Shown piece by piece: positions 52,915 through 64,000 of a stretch of DNA of 64,000 nt. The translations under genes were made by a program, and so were the position numbers. Source of the stretch: Corythoichthys intestinalis (taxonomy: Eukaryota); NCBI RefSeq assembly GCF_030265065.1, contig NC_080410.1, positions 29,826,661 to 29,890,660 of the forward strand, read 5' to 3'. Position 1 is the first letter of the stretch; every line of letters begins with the position of its first letter. The notes beneath the pieces are model-generated. The model did not search any database and was not told where the DNA came from. It saw only the letters and a list, made by a program, of their open reading frames with translations.

Positions 52915-53530
52915 GTTGCGTATTACAGTGATCCCTCGCTACTTCGCGCTTCAAACTCCAGGCCCTCAGTCCATCGCGGATTTTTCTCTTCAATAGGGAA
53001 TGGGACGTACTACGTCACTGTTTGGACGCGCCTCCATGCTGGCAATATGATTTACTTCCGGTTCGGCAGAGTCAATGCGGATTGTAACGTGTGGTAGTGC
53101 TAAGCTAACTCTTTCGGTGTTTTAGAAAGAAAATATGGGTGCTTATTGTTGCGTTACCGGGTGCAACAGCATCTCCTACGACAAAAAAAGGGGTTAGGAA
53201 AAATGGACTCACTTTTCACCGTTTTCCTGCATGGAGGACCAAATATCAGATCACGAAGGTACGACGGATGGCTGGATTGCAGCGGTTCGTCGGAAAAGCA
53301 TTTCTTATGATCATATTTCTGCTGGAATGAGAGTGTGTTCCTGTCATCTCTACTCTTGTAAGTTGAACGATTTATCCACTTTTGGTTTCAATACGTTTTT
53401 CTTTTTTTACACCGTTGTGTAAATCTGCCTCGGTAGCAATGCTCGCCTACTACGACTCACCTACCTGTTGTATTCCTAGGTAAACCTGCTGACAACACAT
53501 CCCGATTTGTCACCATCTCTCATCTTGGAT
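52915..53530 (+). repeat. interspersed repeat carrying a degenerate THAP-type zinc finger (copy A of an inverted pair)
   Basis: MGAYCCVTGCNSISYDKK then a frameshift, then LTFHRFPAWRTKYQI, then WIAAVRR...SAGMRVCSCHLY. This gives the C-x2-C...FHRFP...C-x2-H THAP pattern spread over three frames. The reverse-complement copy lies at 54690-55290. Confidence 0.55.
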
Positions 53531-53649
53531 CATTTGACAAAGAAAATTTGTTCAATGGAGTGGTTCCATTTGTCCTGTGTCGGACTCAAACAAGCCCCTG
53601 CTGCAGACGCCATCTGGGTCTGCCCTTCTCGTCGATGAACTGCGGGCTT

Positions 53650-54400
53650 TTAACTTGTGAAAATGCAACAACTGTAATGCACATATTTATTCTGCCTGGC
53701 TATTTAACTATGGCCAGTGACGTATTATTATTATTATTTTTTTTTAAACCACTTTGACAAAGACACGTTTCATTGTAATGTTGAATTTATATATTCTATG
53801 ATTATTTTTAAATTATAATATTCTTATTTGCACTTATGGAGACTTTAGACTGTCAATTCAAATAGTGTTGGAAAAGTTGCAATACCTAAAATAGAAATGC
53901 AAGAACTGTAAAGTACATATTTTTACACCTTTATTTACCTAAGGCCACTGGATGTTTTTTAACTGCTTTGAAAAAATACAGGTTTTGTTGTGATCTTGTA
54001 TTTATATAGTATATAGCTTTTTATAATGTATTATGTATTATAATATTTGCTGCCCCCTGCCAGAGTGTGGGCCATTTTGTACTAAAAGGATTTTAAACTG
54101 TCAGTTCAAATACTGTGTTGGAGACTAGTACTTGCAATACTTAAAATGGAAATGCAAGAACTTTAAAGCACATATTTATCCTGTCTGGCAATTTACCCAA
54201 GGCCAGTAAATAGTGTTTTAAACTGCTTTGACAAAGACACGTTTATTGTGATCTTGTATTTGTGTATTACTTATAATTATATAATATTTGCTGCCACCGT
54301 CAGAGGGTGGGCCTTGTTTGCACTAATTTAAAGATTTTAAACTGTCAATTCAAATATCGTATTGGAGAAATTGCATTACTTGAAATAAATCTATTGCAAC
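53650..54400. repeat. ~250-bp tandem repeat, 3 copies, lying between the THAP-bearing inverted copies
   Basis: The unit ctttgacaaagacacgttt...ttgctgcc..ctg.cagag.gtgggcc..ttt..actaa...gattttaaactgtca.ttcaaata recurs at about 53750, 54000 and 54230. Confidence 0.6.
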
Positions 54401-54689
54401 TTATCAGTCCCAGTTCTTGTCTACAACACTGTCCAAAAATTGTCAATGCATATTCCAAATAGAATAACAAAATTAAGTCACCTGACTTTGTAATTATTAC
54501 ACCTGTTTATTATGAAGACCTGAAGTAAACAACAAGCAGTTACAGTTTGTCAAGAAGTTGTTCAAGTCATGTTTTGGTATTCATATTTTATTGACTTTTC
54601 ACAACAACACTTGGGATCGTGTTTGTAAGAGCAGAGCAAACTGAAGTTTCAGCGTGCACTCTTCGCCTTTCCAACCTCTCATAACGCGC

Positions 54690-55290
54690 CGATGTGGTGC
54701 GCTTGACCTCAGAATAACCCAAGAAGAGATATGGTGACCAATCGGGATGTGTTGTCAGCATTTCATATGCAGGTTTTCCTAGTAACACAACAGGTAGGGG
54801 AGGAGGAGTAGGTTAGCAGTGCTACCGAGGCAGATTTACACAACAGTAAAAAAAACCACACAAAAAAAAACGTATTGAAACCAAAACGGATAAATCGTTC
54901 AACTTACAAGAGTAGAGATGAGGGGAATACTCTCATTCCAGCAGAAATATGATCATAAGAAATGCTTTTCCGACGAACCGCTGCAATCCAGCCATCAGTC
55001 GTGCCTTCGCGATCTGATATTTGGTCCTCCATGCAGGAAAACGGTGAAAAGTGAGTCCAGTTTTCCTCGCCCTTTTTTTAGTCGTAGGAGAAGCTGTTGC
55101 ACCCGGTAACACAACAATACACACCCATAATTTCTTTCTAAAACACCGAAAGAGTTAGCTTAGCACGATCACACGTTACAATCCGCATTGAGTCTGCCGA
55201 CCCGGAAGTGAATCATATTGCCAGCATGGAGGCGCGTCCAAACAATGACGTAGTACGTCCCATTCCCTATTAAAAAAATAATACAGATGA
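54690..55290 (-). repeat. inverted copy B of the THAP-finger-bearing repeat
   Basis: ORF 54933-55124 (-) MCIVVLPGATASPTTKKRARKTGLTFHRFPAWRTKYQIAK mirrors ORF 53139-53330 (+). The nucleotide reverse-complement match was checked over 55100-55300 against 52960-53160. Confidence 0.55.
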
Positions 55291-55529
55291 GCTGTCCCGA
55301 GCAGTGTTGTTAATCTTACTTTTAAAAAGTAATTAATTACAGTTACAAATTACTTCTCCCAAAAAGTAATTGCGTTAGTAACTCAGTTACCTGAATGTAA
55401 GAGTAGTTACTTGGCAAAGTAACTGGTGATCATTTTCATGCAAAAAATAAAATAAAATAAGGTCACCCAATGTGAAGTTTAAAGGTTTTTTTTGGGACAA
55501 TTGGCCCAAGCCCAATTCTTTACCCTTAA

Positions 55530-56230
55530 CTAGACATGTCCAAAGCCCGGCCCGGGGGCCAAATGCGGCCCGTGGACAAATTTCATCCGGCCCCCAGCCT
55601 CTGTCATAAAATCAATAATGTCTGGCCCGCACACAGACTTAATAAATTAGTCAGCAGTACTGCTACCAGCATATGAAGTAACCTACACACAAAATACTGC
55701 TCCTCATTTACCCAGTAAAAGGCAGCAGCACTCTCACATTACCCCGTGTGACCCAATTTTCTAAAATGGTGACAATCAACAAAAAAAAAAGAAAGTTGAC
55801 TGCAACTGCTGACGCTTCAAGGATAGTTGGAAATTGGACTATTTCTTCACTGAAATACGCAACAACTGTGTCTGCCTCATTTGCAAAGAGACAGTCGCTG
55901 TTTTTAAAGAGTTCAATGACACGCTGACATGTACGACAAGATTACACGGAAGATACGTAGCGAGAAATTGAAGCAACTTGAAACTAGTTTAATTTTACAG
56001 CAGCAGCATTTCGCAAGAGCCCGAGAGTCGAAAGAGAACGCCACAAAGGCTAGTTGCAAGATTGTTGAAATTATTAATTAAAAAAAATATTATAGCAAAT
56101 GCACACAGAATGGCTTGCTAAAATTTGCCTAAATATATTGTTCTACATAAAGGACGTCAGCTAAGGTCGGCCCCCCACATTTTTACCACACCAAATCTGG
56201 CCCCCTTTGCAAAAAGTTTGGACACCCCTG
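55530..56230 (+). mobile_element. hAT-Charlie-like fragment, inverted copy of 29830-30440
   Basis: gacatgtccaaagcccggcccgggggccaaatgcggcccgtggacaaatttcatccggcc...caactgtgtctgcctcatttgcaaagagacagtcgctgtttttaaagagttc matches 30440-29830 in reverse complement. Confidence 0.5.
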
Positions 56231-56930
56231 CCCTAAACTTAACTAGACGCAGGGGTATTGCGATAACTAGATAGTAACCTTTGCTATGTGTGGAAGTCAT
56301 TTAATGTTGTGAATCAACCCTTAAAGTTGTTAAAATTGCTCCTGTTATTGCATTAGTTCCCTTCTGTCTATTTTTGACATGTGTAAGTTTTAAAACTATT
56401 TCATCATTTAAAGATAGATTGAAGTCAAGATTTTGCCGATTTAGGAGCATTTTGGATAAAAAGTTACTTAGGTTCGCTGGGAAGTTTCTCTACAACAGAG
56501 CCTTCCGGAGAAGTCTACTGCTTTAAGATGGCGGCTGCTTACTAACGCATCTAGTTCTTTATTATACATGTTGCTAATGCAGCCGTGTCTGTCATTTGCA
56601 TCTAATTCTGTATACATGTGATATCTACCGAAGCATCATGTGGGCAGTTTATAGGCTATCGGCTACAGTGAGGTGTTATTGGAGCCACCTAGCATAGTAG
56701 CATCGCGTTTGCAACGGCGTCACCCTCCCTTGCCTCCTCCCCACTCCTGCTCTGCTCTCTCGTCTCCGTGAGTCTGTCTTTCTCAGACTTTTCTCGTGTC
56801 AGTCAACATAGTAACGCACGCCTTTCCCAATTCAGTAACGGCAACGGCGTTGCCAAGATGAGAAAAATAATTAATTAGATTACTCACTACTGAAGAAAAT
56901 AACGCCGTTATTAACAACCTTGGTCCCGAG
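56230..56930 (-). repeat. reverse-orientation copy of the ~700-bp repeat family (see 10975-11650)
   Basis: Reverse complement of 41210-41880, including the gtctactgctttaagatggcggctg core. Confidence 0.55.
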
Positions 56931-57773
56931 CCAATCACGTAGTCTCACTATCACTCCCTCACTCTCCCTGCTCTATGTTGGTCAGGCAGTGCACTGGAGT
57001 TGCTTATTAAAGTTAACGATGGTTGACAGACGTTTGGGTTTGATCTCGCCAGAGAGCAAACTTCAAAGCGACCCATGCATCAATCACCGTTTACTTTGTT
57101 AAACAGTTGCTGTAGCAACTAATGTCCCGATTCGATACTCAGTACCGTTACTCATCACTCGATATCAGCACCCGATAAGTCTATTTTTGGAGTATTGGAC
57201 ATGGTAGCAAGACTGGATCCAATCCAGTGGTCGTGTGTTTTCAGTACCATCGTGCTTTTTGACTGCTGTAAATCAAACCACGAGGCAAATATGCCCGCCT
57301 ACTGCTCTTTAGTAATAAATGATGGTAACAGAGCATCGTGTAATACAGTGATCTTTCGCTACTTCGCGCTTCAAGCTTTGCGGTCTGTCCTTAGCGGATT
57401 TTTTTTTCCAATTAAAAAAGAAATACAGATAAGCTGTCCTGAGCAGATTGCGTCGTCCCACTCTACCTCTCTCCGTCCCTCTCCCTGCTCTTTGTTGGTC
57501 AGGCAGTGCACTTGAGTTACTAAAGTAAACGATGATTGACAGACGTTTAAGGTTTGATCTTGCCACATCTGCTTGGAAGTTTCAAAGCGCTGCATGCGTC
57601 AATCATCGTTTAACTTGTTAAACAGTTGCTGTGGCAACTGTAAGTGAGCAGCTTGAACGGATTTGAGTGGACTCACTCAATGACGCATTTAATAAAGCCA
57701 AGCATTTTTCTATCTTATTCTTTTTTCAAAATAATTTGGTGGGACATGTTTAAAACAATTATTACATTTGAAG

Positions 57774-57774
<1 letters not shown>

Positions 57775-57826
<52 letters not shown>
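57775..57826. repeat. (TA)26 microsatellite abutting the Tc1 insertion
   Basis: Uninterrupted ta repeats. Confidence 0.9.
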
Positions 57827-57831
<5 letters not shown>

Positions 57832-59385
57832 TGCCTTGCAAAAGTATTCGGCCCCCTTGAACCTTGCAACCTTTCGCCACATTTCAGGCTTCAAACATAA
57901 AGATATAACACTTTAATTTATTTGTCAAGAATCAACAACAAGTGGGACACAATCGTGAAGTGGAACAAAATTTATTGGATAATTTAAACTTTTTTAACAA
58001 ATAAAAAACTGAAAAGTGGGGCGTGCAATATTATTCGGCCCCCTTGCGTTAATACTTTGTAGCGCCACCTTTTGCTCCAATTACAGCTGCAAGTCGCTTG
58101 AGGTATGTTTCTATCAGTTTTGCACATCGAGAGACTGACATTCTTGCCCATTCTTCCTTGCAAAACAGCTCGAGCTCAGTGAGGTTGGATGGAGAGTGTT
58201 TGTGAACAGCAGTCTTCAGCTCTTTCCACAGATTCTCGATTGGATTCAGGTCTGGACTTTGACTTGGCCATTCTAACACCTGGATACGTTTATTTTTTAA
58301 CCATTCCATTATAGATTTGGCTTTATATTTTGGATCATTGTCCTGTTGGAAGATAAATCTCCGTCCCAGTCTCAGGTCTTGTGCAGATACCAACAAGTTT
58401 TCTTCCAGAATGTTCCTGTATTTGGCTGCATCCATCTTCCCATAAATTTTAACCATCTTCCCTGTCCCTGCTGAAGAAAAGCAGGTCCAAACCATGATGC
58501 TGCCACCACCATGTTTGACAGTGGGGATGGTGTGTTCAGGGTGATGAGCTGTGTTGCTTTTACGCCAAACATATCGTTTTGCATTGTGGCCAAAAAGTTC
58601 AATTTTGGTTTCATCTGACCAGAGCACCTTCTTCCACATGTTTGGTGTGTCTCCCAGGTGGCTTGTGGCAAACTTTAAACGAGACTTTTTATGGATATCT
58701 TTGAGAAATGGCTTTCTTCTTGCCACTCTTCCATAAAGGCCAGATTTGTGCAGTGTACGACTGATTGTTGTCCTATGGACAGACTCTCCCACCTCAGCTG
58801 TAAATCTCTGCAGTTCATCCAGAGTGATCATGGGCCTCTTGGCTGCATCTCTGATCAGTTTTCTCCTTGTTTGAGAAGTTTGGAAGGACGGCTGGGTCTT
58901 GGTAGATTTGCAGTGGTCTGATGCTCCTTCCATTTCAATATGATGGCTTGCACAGTGCTCCTTGAGATGTTTAAAGCTTGGGAAATCTTTTTGTATCCAA
59001 ATCAGGCTTTAAACTTCTCCACAACAGTATCTCGGACCTGCCTGGTGTGTTCCTTGGTTTTCATAATGCTCTCTGCACTTTAAACAGAACCCTGAGACTA
59101 TCACAGAGCAGGTGCATTTATATGGAGATCCTCACTGAACTTCTGGAGTGAGTTTGCTGCACTGAAAGTAAAGGGGCCGAATAATATTGCACGCCCCACT
59201 TTTCAGTTTTTTATTTGTTAAAAAAGTGTAAATTATCATATAAATGTTGTTCCACTTCACGATTGTGTCCCACTTGTTGATTCTTGACAAAAAAAATTAA
59301 ATTTCATATCTTTATGTTTGAAGCCTGAAATGTGGCGAAAGGTTGCAAGATTCAAGGGGGGCGAATACTTTTGCAAGGCACTGTA
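57827..59385 (-). mobile_element. near-full-length Tc1-like DNA transposon (~1.56 kb) inserted in a TA microsatellite
   Basis: Terminal inverted repeats cacagtgccttgcaaaagtattcggccccc at 57827 and gggggcgaatacttttgcaaggcactgta at 59355-59385. Subterminal direct repeats (aatattattcggcccccttg at 58028 and 59163). Encloses a transposase gene. TA-rich flanks on both sides. Confidence 0.9.
58049..59064 (-). pseudogene. Tc1 transposase, nearly intact (294-aa uninterrupted DDE-domain ORF; two or three frameshifts in the first ~70 codons)
   Basis: From ATG 59064-59062 the frame reads MKTKEHTRQVRDTVVEKFKA, then after frameshifts NISRSTVQAIILKWKEHQTTANLPRPSRPSKL, joining ORF 58049-58933. That ORF carries LWSDETKIELFGHNAKRYVWRK...[15 protein letters not shown]...FQQDNDPKYKAK...[15 protein letters not shown]...ATKY*. 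Confidence 0.85.
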
Positions 59386-59400
59386 TATATATATATATAT

Positions 59401-60210
59401 TAGGGCTGTCAAAATTATCGCGTTAACGCGCGGTAATTAATTTTTAAAATTAATCACGGTAAAATATTTGACGCAATTAACGCACGTCCCGCTCAGAAAG
59501 TATTTTGCCTTTTGGTAAGTTTTACAGCAAGGCTTTTTGCGCTGTCCAACAGCAAACTCTTGTGGTCGCTTTGCGACATGGTTTATTATTTTCTTCTTTT
59601 CTTCATTATGGCTGCACGACGTCTCGGGCTGATAATGTTGTGCTTATATGATCCTTGGACAAGATTTGTCCGTAAGTATGGTTGTTGTAAAGAATGTACA
59701 TATTATGTTAGTAAGCGAAATGTTCTATTTTTCTATGAGACGCTTTTTGTTTATGTTTAGTGAACCTGTATCGCGTGCTAAGCTAACGTTGTTGCTAATG
59801 CAATGCTGTGTACTTTTTTGTTGTTGTTTCACTACGGTCTAAAGAGGACAGTGGTTTGAAGCCATTTTATTAATAAATCAGATGAAAAAGGAAGAAGTCT
59901 GATTATTAAGGCGTCGTTCACTAGCTGTCTAGCTTTGGAAAAAGTAGACGCTTCGGAGTGAGGACAGCATAGACAGATTTAAATGACAGTAGAGTGAAAT
60001 GCCCACTACAGTCCTTATGTACCGTATGTTGAATGTATATATCCATCTTGTGTCTTATCTTTCCATTCCAACAATTTATTTTACAGAATATATATATAAT
60101 TTACAGAAAAATATGGCATATTTTATAGATGGTTTGAATTGCGATTAATTACAATTAATTTTTAAGCTGTAATTAACTCGATTAAAAATTTTAATCGTTT
60201 GACAGCCCTA
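59401..60210 (+). mobile_element. hAT-MITE (TAGGGCTGTCAAA family), copy C
   Basis: TIR TAGGGCTGTCAAAATTATCGCGTTAACGCGCGG...CGTTTGACAGCCCTA. 8-bp TSD ATATATAT within TA-repeat context. Interior 59520-59880 is near-identical to 61840-62220 of copy D. Confidence 0.8.
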
Positions 60211-60237
60211 ATATATATATATATATATGTATATGTG

Positions 60238-60860
60238 TGGTAAATTTCTCCCAGAAAATGATTGCAATTACAAATGCTTTGGTAGTAATATCTTTATTTA
60301 TTTTGCTTGCAATGAAAAAACACAAAAGAGAATGGGGAAAAAATTTTAATCATTTGACACAAAACTCCAAAAATGGACCAGACAAAAGTATTGGCACCCT
60401 CAGCTCAGCCTAATACTTGGTAGCACAACCTGTAGACAAAATAACTGCGAACAACCGCTTCCGGTATCCATCAGTGAGATTCTTACAATGCGCTGCTGGA
60501 ATTTTAGACTATTCTTCTTTGGCCAAATGCTCCAGGTCTCTGAGATTTGAAGGGTGCCTTATCCAAACTGCCATTTTCAGATCTTGCCACACGTGTTCTA
60601 TGGGATTCAGGTCTGGATTTATAGATGGTCACTTTAAAAGTCTCCATAGCTTCCTCTCAAACCATTTTCTAGTGCTTTTCAAAGTATGTTTTGGGTCATT
60701 GTCCAGCTGGAAGACCCATGACCTCTGAGGGAGACCCAGCTTTCTCACACTGGACCCTACATTATGCTGTAAAATTTGTTGGTAGTCTTCAGATTTCATA
60801 ATGGCATGCACACGGTTAAGCAGTCCAGTGCCTGATGTAGCAAAGCGCAACAGGACGTCA
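60238..60860 (-). mobile_element. Tc1-like element fragment (3' terminal region plus C-terminal transposase remnant)
   Basis: 60241-60410 matches the terminal region 895-1060. ORF 60629-60850 (-) reads [61 protein letters not shown]. Antisense ORF 60417-60728 has the MGFRSG motif. Confidence 0.7.
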
Positions 60861-61735
60861 AGTAGTGTGATCTAGTCGTTATTACACTATAATACAATGA
60901 TAATACTATAGGCGTGCGAAATTTACGATTCTTAGATTATTCGCGATTCGGCCGTAGAAGATTCGAGAGCGATTCACAAATATCCAAATTCCGATTATTG
61001 AATTATACCAGGTAAAGCGGAAGTAAAACACAGTCAGCGCGGTCTTTGGGACGCAATGAGGAACGGACTGAGAGTAAATATCATGTTCAACTCATGCCGC
61101 TAGATAAAAAAACAATCATACCTGAGTGCGGCTGACAGCCGCTACAAACATACGGCTACAGTAGATATATATGTAGAACTAGATGCAAAATGACAGACGA
61201 CGTCGGTGTTAGAACATGTATTATTGAACAGAGATCCGAAATGACAGATTTTCCGGCGTAAGTAAACAGCCGCCATCTTAAAGCAGTAGACCTCTCTAGA
61301 AGGCTCTGTTGTAGCGAACGTAATTAACTTTTTATCTAAAATACTCTGAAATCGGCAGAATCTTGTCTTGAATCTATCTTTAAATGATGAAATAGTGTTA
61401 AAACTTTGACAAAAGTAGACAAAAGGGAAATTATGGAATAACGGGAGCAATTTTAACAACTGTAACAGTTGATTCACAACATTAGAGTTTTTTTATTTAC
61501 TGTTCTTTTTGTATATTTGTTTACTGTTATATGTTAACTTGATACTGAAATAGTAGTTTGGTTTAACCTGAGAGGATTTTTGAACAATTTTGGAACTAAT
61601 GTACAAAACAAAGGGGGGTGCATCAATAATAGTTTTATAATCGAATCGGAGCCTCTGAATCGTAATCGTAATCGAATCGTTAGGTGCCCAAAGATTCCCA
61701 GCTCTAGATAATACACACTATTTTTATATTCTACT

Positions 61736-62566
61736 TAGGGCTGTCAAAATTATCGCGTTAACGCGCGGTAATTAATTTTTTAAATTAATCACGTTAAAAT
61801 ATTTGACGCAATTAACGCACATGTCCCGCTCAGACAGTATTCTGCCTTTTGGTAAGTTTTACAGCAAGGCTTTTTGTGCTAACAGCGAACTCTTGTGGTC
61901 GCTTTGCGACATGGTTTATTGTTGTCTTGCCAGTTCAATATGGCTGCAGGACGTCTCGGGCGGACGCCTACGTTGTAATGTTGTGCTTATATGATCCTTG
62001 GACAAGATTTGTCCGTAAGTATGGTTGTTGTAAATAATGCACATATTATGTTAGTAAGCGAAATGTTATATTTTTTGTATGAGACGCTTTTTGTTTGTTT
62101 TGTGAACCTGTATAGCGTGCTAAGCTAACACTGTTGCTAATGCAATGCTTGTGTACTTTTTTTGGTAGTTTTACGACGGTCTAAAGAGGACAATGGTTTG
62201 AGGCCATTTTATAAATAAATCAGATGAAAAAGAAAGAAGTCTGATTATTAAGGCGTCGTTCACTAGCTGTCTAGCTTTGGAAAAAGTAGACGCTTCGGAG
62301 TGAGGACAGCATAGACAGATTTAAATGACAGTAGAGTGAAATGCCCACTACAGTCCTTATATACCGTATGTTGAATGTATATATCCATCTCGTGTCTTAT
62401 CTTTCCATTCCAACAATTTATTTTACAGAATATATATGTAATTTACAGAAAAATATGGCATATTTTATAAATGGTTTGAATTGCGATTAATTGCGATTAA
62501 ATACGATTAATTAATTTTTAAGCTGTAATTAACTCGATTAAAAATTTTAATCGTTTGACAGCCCTA
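61736..62566 (+). mobile_element. hAT-MITE (TAGGGCTGTCAAA family), copy D
   Basis: TIR TAGGGCTGTCAAAATTATCGCGTTAACG...AATCGTTTGACAGCCCTA. Perfect 8-bp TSD ATTCTACT at 61728-61735 and 62567-62574. Confidence 0.85.
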
Positions 62567-63549
62567 ATTCTACTAGTACGGCAAAAAAGTATGTTCCGTG
62601 AGGTCACATAATTATAATAATCGACGGCGGGAGACGTCTAATTCATTTTGACTAGGAGTTGCTGGCAGTCGTAATGGATTCGACGTCAAAAGCTGTCGAT
62701 GGCACTTCAACGTCTAACATGTTGTTTCCATAGTTATGCATACAGCACGCCGGTGATCATCACTGGACTGACGCAGAACACTGTGAGTATGTTGAGCTTG
62801 AACTTTTTCTTAAACTTTTCACTCTTAGCATCGTTTTAGGCTGTTTTAATATTTTGAGCTTTGCTTTTTGGATTTTGTGTTTCAGAGTTTGACATTTTTG
62901 TTTTTATTTTGAAGAAATTTCGTTCCTCGTGCTCCAAGCAGAATCTGCTGGATGAGTACGGCGATCGCCAAGTGCGTCTGAGTACGGCCAACACGTATTC
63001 GTACAGGAAAGGTCAGCATCGGCCTCTCCATGAGTTTCGCGTGGCTTGGAGTAAGATTGTCGCATCTACCCGCAGTGGACGTGTCGCTGAGGGACTACGT
63101 GGACGTCGTCCTCCGGCCGCAGTCTCCCGACGTCCTCGGTAGCGGTGAGGACGAAGTATATTATTTTTCAGGGTTTTAACGATGTATGGAGCTTGATCAA
63201 TAAATCGAATGGTTAAACTACGATCAATCGAAAAGCAAAATATTAAGACATTTTGATGTTCTGTTTTGTTGACAAGAACGCTTTTGAGTCAAATGTCTGG
63301 AATCTTTCATCAGCTAAAATATCAAAATTGCTTATTTTTGTTGTTGTTGATGGTTTGAAGTCAGATTTCAAACTCAAGGCACAAGGGCCAGATCCACTTG
63401 ATGTTTCGCACTAAAATAAGATTTAAATAAAATTTCTGTAGTCATTGATGAATGATCGAGGATGCCAGAAACTAGTGAATATTTACTGATTTATCCCCTT
63501 TTTTTTTCAAAATTTGAAATAAAATGTAAAAATATTAAGAGAACGTGTT

Positions 63550-64000
63550 ATTTTTAAGGATGTCCCGATCCAATACTCCGTATCGGCATCCGATAAGTCT
63601 ATTTTTGGAGTATTGGACATGGTCACAAGACAGGATCTGATCCAGTGGTCGTGTGTTTTCAGTACTATCGGGCTTTTCAACTGCTGTAAATCAAACCACG
63701 AGGCAAATATGTCCGCCGAGTGAGACTACTGCTCTTTAGAAATGAATGATAGTAACAAAGCATCGTGTAATAGTGCTCCTTCGCTACTTCATGCTTAAAA
63801 CTTTGCGCCCTCAGTCCACCGCAGCTGTCCTGAGCCGATTGCATAGTCCCATTCCACCCTCTCCCTGCTCTTTGTTGGTCAGGCAATGCACTTAAGTTGC
63901 TTATTAAATTTAACTTTGATTGACAGACGTTTAAGGTTTGATCTTGCCACAGCTGCTTGGAAGCCGAAGCTTCAAAGCGCCGCACGTGTCAATCACCGTT
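63550..64000. repeat. interspersed repeat family (ctctccctgctctttgttggtcaggcagtgcac core), third copy
   Basis: It shares more than 300 bp with 57120-57640 and partly with 56930-57130 and 52920-53010. It begins with the gatgtcccgatcc motif shared with the mini-MITEs. Confidence 0.5.

Overview
This window is vertebrate nuclear DNA, almost certainly from a teleost fish, and not a prokaryotic locus. It is AT-rich, has spliced genes with GT-AG introns, and carries Tc1/Sleeping-Beauty-like and hAT elements, a LINE reverse-transcriptase fragment and microsatellites. The only clear host gene is the major vault protein gene (mvp). It lies on the minus strand in 14 coding exons from about 44160 (ATG) to 12872 (stop TGA), with AATAAA signals near 12711-12729. 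The predicted protein is about 863 aa and follows the known MVP sequence from the N-terminal [17 protein letters not shown] motif to the C-terminal [17 protein letters not shown] motif. The mvp introns and both flanks are packed with mobile elements: at least four Tc1-family copies (one nearly intact), at least seven hAT-superfamily non-autonomous elements with perfect 8-bp target-site duplications, hAT-Charlie-like fragments, an L2-like LINE 3' fragment ending in an (ATG)15 tail, several tandem repeats, and dispersed repeat families present as inverted pairs. A single plus-strand exon at 2761-2893 encodes the second transmembrane helix of a CD225/dispanin-family (IFITM/PRRT2-like) protein, convergent with mvp. 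There is no CRISPR array, toxin-antitoxin system, operon or other prokaryotic system, and I found no rRNA or tRNA genes by eye. What is worth a second look is structural. Two inverted hAT insertions bracket mvp exons 11-13. A large inverted repeat pair brackets the whole gene. An inverted pair carries degenerate THAP zinc fingers. hAT and Tc1 activity looks recent. There are promoter-like CCAAT clusters with no annotated gene. Coordinates are hand-derived and good to about ±2 nt; at four or five places my reading of the printed sequence disagreed by 1-2 nt with the frames implied by the supplied ORF track.
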